Part shown: positions 23,533 through 33,110 of the stretch, piece by piece
Position numbering within the stretch: position 1 is the stretch's first letter
Layout: every line of letters starts with the position of its first letter
NCBI RefSeq assembly: GCF_000143415.4
Contig: NW_003314265.1
Coordinates: 3,195,651-3,228,760 of the forward strand
Direction of reading: 5' to 3'
Length of the DNA: 33,110 nucleotides
Origin: Selaginella moellendorffii
Taxonomy: Eukaryota; Plantae; Lycopodiophyta
The notes under the pieces: generated by a model
What the model saw: only the letters and a program-made list of their open reading frames with translations
Told to the model about the DNA's origin: nothing
The model's database searches: none
Program-made: the position numbers and the translations under genes

Positions 23533-26500
23533 CTGAAATGAAATGCGTCAGCATAAAAAATGGTACAAGTCAATTTTACCATCTACAATATTAGCGAATG
23601 GTGCTCCCGATGGTCGTTTAGAGGGTTTTGGTCGAGGAAATGTGAAGGGCGGAAATACTCTCCTCTGCAATGTGGGGTCAATCGCATCCGATGGCGTGTG
23701 GGCACATGCCATTTCAGCTGTAGACTCTGGTACAACTGGCTCAACAGTGGCATGGGGTGGTTCCGATGGCGTGTGATCACACGCCATTTCAGCTGGTGCC
23801 TCCGTTGGCAAAGTGGACATGACCGAACAGGCAGCAGGGGCGGTGTAGGGAGGTTCCAACAGTGCGTAGTCAGACGATTGGGCACACGTTGAGTCCGTTG
23901 GAAATGAGGATACGACCGGCTCGGCGGCTAGGGCGGCCTCATGCGGGTCCAATGGCGCCTGGTCACCGTCAGTTGGATACGTGGACAAGATTGACTCAGT
24001 GGTATGGGTAGCATCAAGTGGAGCGTGGTCAGCTTGCTTGGCGTTGATATGGATAGTAGCCTCCACCAGCTCTGATGACTCTTGCAGGCAAGTAGAGTCC
24101 ACTGGCGGATCCATATGCATGTCCAAATATCTCCCTTCGATTGAGATGGTATCCTCCCTACTGGCTACTAAAAACAAACTCATTAGCACATTGAATCGAC
24201 TATACTGTATTTACCATCAACTGCTATTGTGATTCTGAAGGATTGGACATACATTTCGACCTTTGCTTGGCACTATCCTTCCTCGACACTAAAGGCTAGA
24301 GTTTGTATCTTAATTCAACTGAATAATCTCTACTTACCATTTGCTTTGCAACCTACATGGACAATGTTAGAAATGGTAAAAGGTTAGGAATGGATGTACT
24401 ATTATTTACCTGATGGTTTGTCTTGTATGACCTTCCTCCGCTGCTCTTTGGCCACCTCAGGCTGGCCATCGTCGTCATCATCGTCATCGTCGTTATTGTA
24501 ATCGTCACCATTGTGAGGACCATCCAAGTCCTCTTCGTCCTCCTCTTCTTCGTCCTCCTCTTCTTTGTCCTCCTCTTCGTTCTTCTGCTCTTCCTGCTCA
24601 TTATCTTTCTCTGGCTCCTCATCCCCCTCCTGCATTTCTTCCATAGGCTGCTCAGGCTGGATGGCTTGTTCTTCCAGGACCATCTTGGGAAAATCATCTG
24701 GCCGAGTCTCCATCTCAAAATACAAGACATCCATAGCCTGTTTTAGTGCGTGACCTAGGACTGTATCCTCACCCGATTGTCTTAACATGGTTTCTGCATG
24801 TTCTTGCACCCTTCGAAGACGACGAGATGAGAAAAACGTGGCCCTGACTTGAAAAGCATCCCTCATCCATTGTACCTCTCCATTGAGATTGGGGAAGGGG
24901 AGTCCGCCATAGGAATCTGAGTCAGGAGGTGGTGACCGCGAGGCATTACCTATCATCTTTTCGTTGCCCTTCTTCCTTTTCGAATCAAACGCCTCTGATC
25001 CCGACGACTGTCCAACGTGATTTCGCTTTTTATGACCACTGTCAGTTTGAGCTTGGCTGGTGCTTGCCTGTTTTGCCTTTGAAGAAGTGTCTCTTGCAAG
25101 GAATGGCATGAGACCACACGCCATTGCAAATATAATTTGTACCTCCTTTTTTCCTATTGCTTGTCTGTTTGTCCTTCTTTGATGTGCCACCAGTGCGCTT
25201 TTCAGTCCTCGTGTCTGAATATTCACAACGATCTATAATCAAAATGGCATGAGGCCTCACGTGACCTTACCTTGTGCAGGTTGTGAGCTCGGCCCAACAG
25301 TAGCTGTTAACGCCGTTTCAGCATCTGGGGGTGGCCACGCTCCTGCATACAGAGCTTGTGAGATAACATTTAAACTTAAAGTGCGTACTCACCAGGTTCG
25401 CAGAGAAGATACTGTTTTTCTTTGGCAACTGTAATTATATGCTTCATTGAAGTCACCTCTTCAATGGAGTTTGTCACCGCAACACACGGGACACCCTTGA
25501 GTAGTGCGGCTCGAAAGAATAGTCCGCCGCAGTTGTACTCGACAACGCATTTGCCCTTGGAGTCGGAAGCAGGTGCTATTGCATTGAAGACCCAGCTGAG
25601 CATTTCCCATGCTGCACCTGGAGCTTTCTCTGGATTCGAAAGCTCCATAGCCGTCTTCAGTTCCTCAGGCACGGGTAAATTGACCTCCCTCAGATCAATT
25701 CGATCGACCTTGTCGAACGAAGCTGGGAAGTCACTCCAGTCCCACTCTGCTGCAGGACCAATAACAAGGGCGAGTGTGAAGATGCGGACATTCGTCGGTA
25801 TCTTCTTCTTAGCCATTATCCCATGGATCTCCTGCATCTCCTTGCCTTTCAACCGAGCTTTCACCTCGTTCAAGGCCTTCCAGAACTTGTGATAGGATTC
25901 GGAGTCGTAGATCATATAGTGGACTGAAGATTCCACCTCCGCAAGTCCCACCATTAAGTCAATGATGGAGCTGACTTCGTCTGCATGAGTGATCTCCTCG
26001 TTTGTGAAGTCCATCACACAAAAGATGTTCTTGACCTGCTCATCTCCGCGGGAAACGATGCTCCTCCACCTTTGATCCTCATCCGAATTCACGTATACCC
26101 GGTAAGGTTCCCGATAGGCCTCTGCTGCGGGGTCGAGCTGTTTCTGAAGTCGGCGGTCGACATCCCTCTTAATGGAATTTGGATACTGATCCAACTTCTC
26201 AGCTTTACTTTTCGTGGCATCCCGCAGCAGATCGATGAACTTGGGGGCCCCCTTCACGTAGTCGTCGATGTCTTCATTTGACAACTTCAGCTCTTCCATC
26301 ATCTCTTGCGTGGTGTCGATGCTCACCCTCTCCACGGCCACTTGCTCGAAGATCCAATCCTTCAATAGCGCACGAGCTCTCAGATTCGTGCACAAGTCCT
26401 CGTATGTCACAATATGGCCGGGAGTCATTTTGGTCTTGTTGAAGACTACTTCACCACGTAGAAGAGCATTAGCCACTGTCAGAAGGTCGTCGTCGTCTAG

Positions 26501-28182
26501 AGACCGTGAGAAACGCAAGGCGTTGAGCTTCAAATCATTGGGCTTCCGACCGTCCTCCACACCCATTGAGTTTAGCAACTCCCCGTCATGGTACCTCCTC
26601 AGCACATCTACCCATTTGTCAAAAACAACTTTTGTCGCAAGTAGAATGTTATGGATGCTGAGTGTGTCATTGACCCCCAGTGTTTTCGAGAGAAGACTCG
26701 AGAATTCCTGCAATGGAAATGGCGTGAGGCCACATGCNNNNNNNNNNNNNNNNNNNNNNNNNNNNNNNNNNNNNNNNNNNNNNNNNNNNNNNNNNNNNNN
26801 NNNNNNNNNNNNNNNNNNNNNNNNNNNNNNNNNNNNNNNNNNNNNNNNNNNNNNNNNNNNNNNNNNNNNNNNNNNNNNNNNNNNNNNNNNNNNNNNNNNN
26901 NNNNNNNNNNNNNNNNNNNNNNNNNNNNNNNNNNNNNNNNNNNNNNNNNNNNNNNNNNNNNNNNNNNAGACTTTCTTCACCTCCTCGCCCACCATAATAT
27001 CCACAACTATCTCTTGCATCGCCAAGCTAGAATGCTGCCCGGAGACGGCATAGAACCGGATGTTCTGATCGTCCAACACCTTCCTATTGATCAAGTCTGG
27101 AAACCTCGTCTCGCCCTTCATTGTTCGGTAGTAGGGGATCACGTCTGCGATGTCGGGTGTTACTGGACTTGCCAGCATCTTCTGCTTCAGTTTCTCCACC
27201 CACTCATCAGATACTAGCCTATGGTTGTATTTGCTTTGGATGTCGATACGGCTCACGTCGATTGTATATACTTTGTTGGAATAGTAACAAGTACTATTAT
27301 CTGCGACGATTTTTGCTGCCTCTTCTTGCTCTTTCTGCTCTTTGCGGCTCTTCTTTTTAGTGGGTGTAGTGTTTGAACCCGAGGCAATGGCATCACCGAG
27401 TAGCTTCTTTTTTGGAGCAAGAGAGTTGGACGTCGGCTTCACTTTGACCACCCTTTTCTGCTTCGGGGTAGTTTCCAGATCGACCCCCTTCCCCTTCGCT
27501 TCGTGAACTGGAGGCACTCTCAACGGCTCAATGTTGGAATATAGTTTTTGAACATCGCCGTAGGTGAGGTCCATGGATTCCATGTGATCTTCATAGACCC
27601 GCAGTGTCTTTGAAATTGTGAGCCTCCTGGACAACCTCTCCCTAGCTCCCTCTAGGAATTCCTCATAGCCGCTGCCCCCCTCTAGGAAGCCGCTAGGATG
27701 TGCAAGGTGGATCTTGAAGGCGAACGCTGTCTCTACCACAAGTGCCAGTCCATATTCTTGCATGGAACTGCATGGAGTGTCTGTCACTTGGATGAGGATC
27801 CCCATGCATTCTTTTCTCCCACCATCTGTGTTGTACAGCCTCAGATCCTCGCCTTCCATCCCGAAAGTCCAACTGGTGAGCTCCTCCCCCTTCTCTGCAT
27901 CCACATTGACAGTGGCTGGAAGAAGAACGTAATTCCTCGCCTGTTCAGAAATGCACAACAATTAGAGCTGACAGATGAAAAGCTAGCAGCTGGAAATAAC
28001 GTGAGGCCACACGCCATTCACCACTGCATCAGATGTCTTGAGGCTGCATCATAAGATGGCGTGAAGCTACACGCCATCTGTAACCGGACTGCACTTGAGA
28101 GCCCAATCGGTGCATACCAATGTTGCTACTGAATGGCATGTGGCCTCATGCCATTTTCTACTTGGCCTAAAAGACTTACCAT
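22670..28182 (-). pseudogene. Large spliced gene: ParB/Srx-like domain + degenerate methyltransferase-like domain + acidic/low-complexity linker + HAD (FCP1/NIF-like) phosphatase
   Basis: Approximate exons: ATG 28180-28182, 26968-27940, (gap), 25393-26707, 25271-25342, 25143-25214, 24410-25090, two micro-exons at ~24253-24352, 23580-24167, 22670-23532. Phases fit outside the gap. ParB-like YTIDVSRIDI...NHRLVSDEWVEKLKQKM...FYAVSGQHS. PEKAP..CVVEYNCGG..RAALLKGVPCVAV. HAD CIVFDLNGVL, GVWTS, ILIIDDSPIK. One in-frame TAA at 23321-23323. Confidence 0.68.
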
Positions 28183-28860
28183 TTGAAGCCGAATGGAGGC
28201 CGTGACAATCGAGGCCGGACTCGCTGGCGAATGTGCACTGTGTGTGCAGCGGATCGTAGCAGCAAGGCTACTCTGCCACTTACAGTTGGAGAGTGGCGCT
28301 GAAATCTCCCGAGACGCCAAGTGGGCTGCGTGTGGGTGGCGGAGTGGGCGGCGGAGTTGGCGGCGAAATTACAAACTGGGTGTGTCTTGAAGTGGACGCC
28401 GATGCACACGAGCGCGATGCGAGTGCGAGTGTGATGCAAGCGCGAGTGGACGCCGATGCACACGAGAAACCTGTAGAGAAGTGAGCGTGATCGCGATGCG
28501 AGCAGGAGCGCGAGTACGAAGCAAAATGCAAAACCTAACCTCACATGCGCGAAATGTCACAACGGTTGGTAATCCCGCCACATCATCATTCCTCGGACTT
28601 GGGCACCACCATTAATTTCTGGATTGCCGCGCGCATGCAAGCATGCAAAATCCAAAAGAAATCCGCAACGTCATCATTCCTCGGACTGCATGCACGCGAA
28701 ATCCAAAAGAAAGATCATGATTGGGATATCATTTAATACCCTCGCTATATTTATACCATGCATGATTGGATATTCCAAAGCATCTTGTATTTCCAAAAAT
28801 GGCAGATGTTCAGCTAAATAAAGAAATTCTATCTGTTTCTATTTTTCTCTCAAATAAATA

Positions 28861-30180
28861 TTATAGCGTGTGGGCTCATGCAATTTTGAACCAAAGAAAC
28901 CCAAAAAACGTTGGACCCAAAATATTTTGAAAAAACCCAAAAAACCCTAAACATTTTAAACCCAAAAATCCAGGCGTCCTGTGGCGTTATTCCTTGAATG
29001 GCGTGTGGGCGCATGCCATTTTCAGGGCCAAATGCTGAATGGAGAAAAATTCCCTTTCAGTGCAAATGCTGCAAGAGGCAGATGCCGAGCACAAAGGACT
29101 GTAACTACCTCACATGACACAGATAAACTTTTCTCTATTTGGCAAAGATAAACTTTATAGCGTGTGGGCTCATGCAATTTTGAACCCAAAAAATGCACCA
29201 AAAAATTCTCGGCGTCATCTGGCGTTATCTCTTGAATGGCGTGGGGCCGCATGCCATTTTCAGGGGCATATAGGAGTATATTCCTAGGATATTCTAACAC
29301 GCGCGAGATTTTTTTGAGTTTTCTGGAGATCCAACCATTAGATCGCAACTAGATTTTACAGAATGGTATACAATGTCTTTCTTGATGACCCTGCAAAGAA
29401 ACATCTCGATCGGACACCACATGAGACCACACGAGCCTTACAATGTTTCAGGGGCATTTGCCATAGAACCGACCGTTATTTTGGTCCAAGATTTTACAGT
29501 TTGGTGTGCATTGACCTTTCCATCGACACTGCAAAGGGACATCACAATCAGATGCGGGATCACAAGAAACTAACTTCACTAACTCTGGTTTCACCAAGAT
29601 CTACGTAAGGAGTTATGAAATGAAAGGACCCTCTCTATTGAAATGTGTTTATGGTCCTAGGGGCATTGTGACATATCAAAGGATTTTGCATCAAGTTCTG
29701 TATTTGCATGTTTATCAAGCTACTGAATTGCTAAACCCTAAACTCTAAACCCTAAACATGTGGCAAATGCTGCGTGAAGAAAGATGCCCTTTCTGGGCAA
29801 ATGCTGTAAGAGGCAGATGCCGAGCAGATGTATCTCAGGCTAGCGAAGGGGACAAACGAAAGCTAGCTATAAACATGACGGGATGCAAATAGATTACTAG
29901 GCTGGTCCTGCGAAAATCAAAAACCATAATTGAAAACATTGAAAATGCAAAAAGAAAGGTTTATAATATTTTTGAATTTTAAGCAACCAAAGGAATGTAA
30001 GTAGGGCATGTGTTTGTAAGTCCTCAACCACTTAAATTCCCAAGTAAATAAAGCTGTTTCTATTTTTGGTACAGGTAAACTTTATAGCGTGTGGGCTCAT
30101 GCAATTTTGAACCCAAAAATGCACCAAAAAATGCTCGACTAGCATTATTCTTTGAATGGCGTGTGGCCTTATATTGCCAT
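28861..30180 (+). repeat. Three copies of a ~100-165 bp block, each with two palindromes, in the divergent intergenic region
   Basis: TTATAGCGTGTGGGCTCATGCAATTTTGAACC...TTGAATGGCGTG at ~28861-29027, ~29155-29265 and ~30082-30180. Confidence 0.85.
29731..29757 (+). repeat. Short plant telomere-type (CCCTAAA) / telo-box repeats
   Basis: CTAAACCCTAAACTCTAAACCCTAAAC. Confidence 0.7.
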
Positions 30181-30543
30181 AAATGGACGTACACATAGAG
30201 CATAATTATTCCTTTACACGGCGAATAATCTTGGCGCGGATCGCTGACATGGCATGGCAAAGTTTGAATCACTGACATGGCACAGCTGGATCGAGGCAAG
30301 GACATGATGTGACAAAGTTCAACCTCCAACAGCAAAATCTAGAAGCTACTCAGTTTGAAATTTGTCAGAGTCATAAAATCTGGTTTGTCAGAGGATTTGA
30401 TGTGACGTTCAAGCGTGTGTTATTTTTGAATTCTCGAACTCATTCCTAGGTCTATCATTTTTGTGCGCCGTGTTCTTGGTTCCGCTGAGCGCAGTGAGCG
30501 CTGCTTGTGTAAGCGGCGTTGTGCGCTGTGGTTTATGCATTTA

Positions 30544-30676
30544 CGAGCGGTTGCGGCATTGCGAGCGCCATTGCGAGCGGCAGTTTATGCGAGTGGCAGT
30601 TTGTGCGAGCGGCGCTACGAGCAGTTGCAGTGTTGCGAGCGGCACTACGAGTAGTTGCGGTGTTGCGAGCGGCACT
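30544..30676 (+). repeat. GC-rich TGCGAGCG-based tandem repeats upstream of the transposase
   Basis: TGCGAGCGGC recurs at ~30-bp spacing (30604, 30634, 30664), with shorter units upstream. Confidence 0.75.
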
Positions 30677-31039
30677 GTCTTTGGTGTGGCTACCGCTTCC
30701 TCTTGATATTTAGCACTTGTGCTTCCTGGTATGTTCACCATGGAATGGCTTAGGACCACATTTAGAAATGGCATGAGGCCACATGCCATCTTGGGCCCTT
30801 GCAATTTCATGGCTAGCATATTGTCATGTATGTTTTTACTTGCCTGCAGCTGTGTGTATATCAAGATGGCATGAGGCCTCATGCCAATTTTGTGAATGCG
30901 AAATTTCACGTGGGTGTCAATAGCATGTTTGAATAATGGCATGTGGCCTCATGCTATTGAGGTTGTTTGGTATGTTATGATTTAGGCCATTCTCCAATCA
31001 TTTTTTGTATGGTCTTAACTTCTTTTCTGCACTTTCAGA

Positions 31040-33085
31040 ATGGCCTTCAGGGTTGGGGAAAAGGTTTACATTTTGAATGGTGGGAAGAGAGTTGCAAAAG
31101 GGACCCTTGTGTCTATGGATCGGAACTTTGTTATACACTGTCAAAGGCTTGGGGAAGGCAATGCTGCTGTATCAGTAGCGACTGTCTTCGATGGGAATGT
31201 GGTTGCTATTGAACGAGGAGAGATGGTCGTCGGGGTAAATGTTGTTGTTGCCTTGAAAAATCTTCAGAAGAAAGCAGATGTTGGGGACAGCACAAGTGCG
31301 ACGCATGTTCCCTCCGCAGATCTTAAGAACTGTGTTACATGGATTCAGGCGAAGGTGTTTCTAAACAACCCCGAGGGGGAGGTGGTAGCTGAGGGCTTAG
31401 CCACAGTTGTCGATCCAAGAGATGCGGTTGCTAATCAAGAATTGGGCTGGGATGATATTGGAGTTGCAATTTTAGAGGTTGTTGACACAGAAGAAAACAG
31501 TCTGACTATTGGAAGCATTGTGCGGTGGAAATTGAGGCATTTAGTGTTTGAGAATGTGAAGGATTCACAATCAAACACCACTACAACTGATGACAGAACA
31601 TNNNNNNNNNNNNNNNNNNNNNNNNNNNNNNNNNNNNNNNNNNNNNNNNNNNNNNNNNNNNNNNNNNNNNNNNNNNNNNNNNNNNNNNNNNNNNNNNNNN
31701 NNNNNNNNNNNNNNNNNNNNNNNNNNNNNNNNNNNNNNNNNNNNNNNNNNNNNNNNNNNNNNNNNNNNNNNNNNNNNNNNNNNNNNNNGTCCTGGAAGGC
31801 AGCTCGCAATTTTGTGTATGAGGCATTACGGTCATCTGTTGATGCTAAGAACATCAGGTGGGGGGCATGGTCTTCCAGAGGGGTTTGGTCTGCATGAAGG
31901 CATGGAGAATCATTTATGGAGTCCCTCGAACCACATTCTACAGAATCAAAACTGAGTTTGAGGAACAAAGGGTTCAACAGGCAGTCCATGGGAACAACGG
32001 TACGCACAAAACCAGGGGTCATGTTGTATATGGAGAGGCAATCTTCAAGAGGTTTGTCGAGACATGTAGCGAGCAGCAACCACATAAAACCCGCCTCTTG
32101 GAAGATGGAACACGAGACACCCAACGAGTTCTCCCTTCCATGTATACCAAGGGGGCCATATTGGAAGATGTGAATCGGGAACTCCAGAGTAATGGCTACA
32201 GGAAGCTGAGCCAATCTAGATTTAGTAGATTGTGGAGCAATAGGTTCAAGGATGTGAGTATAGGAAAGTACTCCAGCTTTTCAAAGTGTGACGAGTGCAC
32301 TGCTATCAAAATGGCTTTGTCGAAGAATTCTTGCAGCGCTCAAGAGCAAGAGACGTTGGTTAGAAGGCGGCTCGACCACAACATCAAGCAAAGAAGCTGC
32401 AGGATTGCATATTATCATAACAGGATTCTCTCCATGGAGAGACCTGACTCTTACCTCTGCATCATCCACGACAAAATGGACCAGAAAAAGATGTGCTTAC
32501 CTCGACTCAATCCTTGCCCCAAGGCAATCTCTTCATCCATGCAGCTGCTTGTGTCTCTATTTGGCATAATCGCTCATGGGCATGGTGCCCAGAACTATGG
32601 GAACTTCTTTGTACCTCTATGGGGTGGCGTGGGTGCAAACATGATGATTGTGTCCCTAGCAAAACACTTAAGGTCTCTGCAAAGTGCGCAGACTGAGTTG
32701 CATAAGGCCCTTGTCGATTGAACCCCATACAGGGTTCAGCTGGAGGAGGAGCAAAGGCTTGCAGTATCGCATGGGGCCTCATGCCATCCCAGTGAATATG
32801 TTGGCCGTCAGATTGTAGGGTTATCACGTGAGGCCTCATGCCATTCTGACGAGGCTGGTCGCCCGGTGAATGCACAGCCTCATCCAAACGAAGCAGAATC
32901 TCAAGGAAGTTCTTGCGGCCGATGTGGCCTTCCACCCCATCTTCTGCTCCAAACAGACAATGTTGGCAGTGAGAACAAAAACATGTACGTCTTCGCGTAC
33001 TTGGCGATGCTTGTTGCCAAAGGCATATTTGAAACGGGTTATACTTGGCTTTCTCATGGTTGGGCACACTCATAAAGACGTCGAC
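31040..33085 (+). pseudogene. Sola-like DDD transposase with two N-terminal SH3-like (Tnp1/En-Spm-associated type) repeats; disrupted
   Basis: VCMKAWRIIYG, FSKCDEC, IIHDKMDQKK (D1), LLLQTDNVGSENKN (D2), GFLMVGHTHKDVD (D3). Frameshift in a G-run at ~31858-31865, in-frame TGA at 32719-32721, +1 frameshift at ~33036-33038. The N-terminus has VAKG..IH..LG...VSV and VAEG..DP..LG..VAI..IVRW repeats. Confidence 0.75.
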
Positions 33086-33110
33086 GGACCAGATCACAAT
33101 GTTGATTAAT

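Larger units (their letters stand above)
22614..32844. repeat. Dispersed 22-bp palindrome family ATGGCRTG-WGGCCW-CAYGCCAT, ~20 copies
   Basis: Copies start at 22614, 23691, 23766, 25103, 25244, 26719, 27996, 28056, 28133, 28863, 28998, 29157, 29236, 30084, 30156, 30768, 30866, 30936, 32766 and 32823. Confidence 0.93.

Noticed and set aside
25422-27053. Plus-strand ORFs (156 and 261 aa), and similarly 31435-32214 on the minus strand
   Set aside because: Antisense shadows of real coding regions, some inflated by N gaps.
20552-28182. Bacterial contamination or a prophage explaining the ParB and methylase genes
   Set aside because: The genes have phase-consistent spliceosomal introns and sit among plant retroelements, although N gaps mean scaffold joins should be verified.
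22614-32844. CRISPR array or MITE family formed by the palindromes
   Set aside because: Spacing is irregular (tens of bp to kb), no cas genes are present, and there are no consistent TSDs or internal sequence.

Overview
Eukaryotic, plant-type, repeat-rich DNA. The 47-56 bp introns, Cassandra TRIM, chromovirus and CCCTAAA repeats suggest a non-seed land plant, possibly a lycophyte (inference). Left half (1-17.4 kb) is a nest of transposons whose ends I could resolve. It holds a hAT DNA transposon (1459-4044, 8-bp TSD) and an old minus-strand LTR retroelement (4242-17366, TSD AGTAT). Inside the LTR element sit a Ty3/gypsy chromovirus (8928-14333, TSD ATAAC) and a young 5S-rRNA-containing Cassandra TRIM (16232-16824, TSD CCACC). 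Right half (~18.3-33.1 kb) looks like a large, decaying cargo-carrying DNA transposon. A Sola-like DDD transposase (+) sits head-to-head with a spliced gene for a ParB/Srx-like + degenerate methylase + acidic + HAD/FCP1-phosphatase protein. That gene is followed by a spliced bacterial-type beta-class N4C/N6A DNA methyltransferase gene. About 20 copies of one 22-bp palindrome (ATGGCRTG-WGGCCW-CAYGCCAT) are scattered over 22.6-32.8 kb. Four N gaps (3837-3936, 19747-19846, 26738-26967, 31602-31788) limit the gene models. All domain calls come from motifs recognised by eye, not from database searches.
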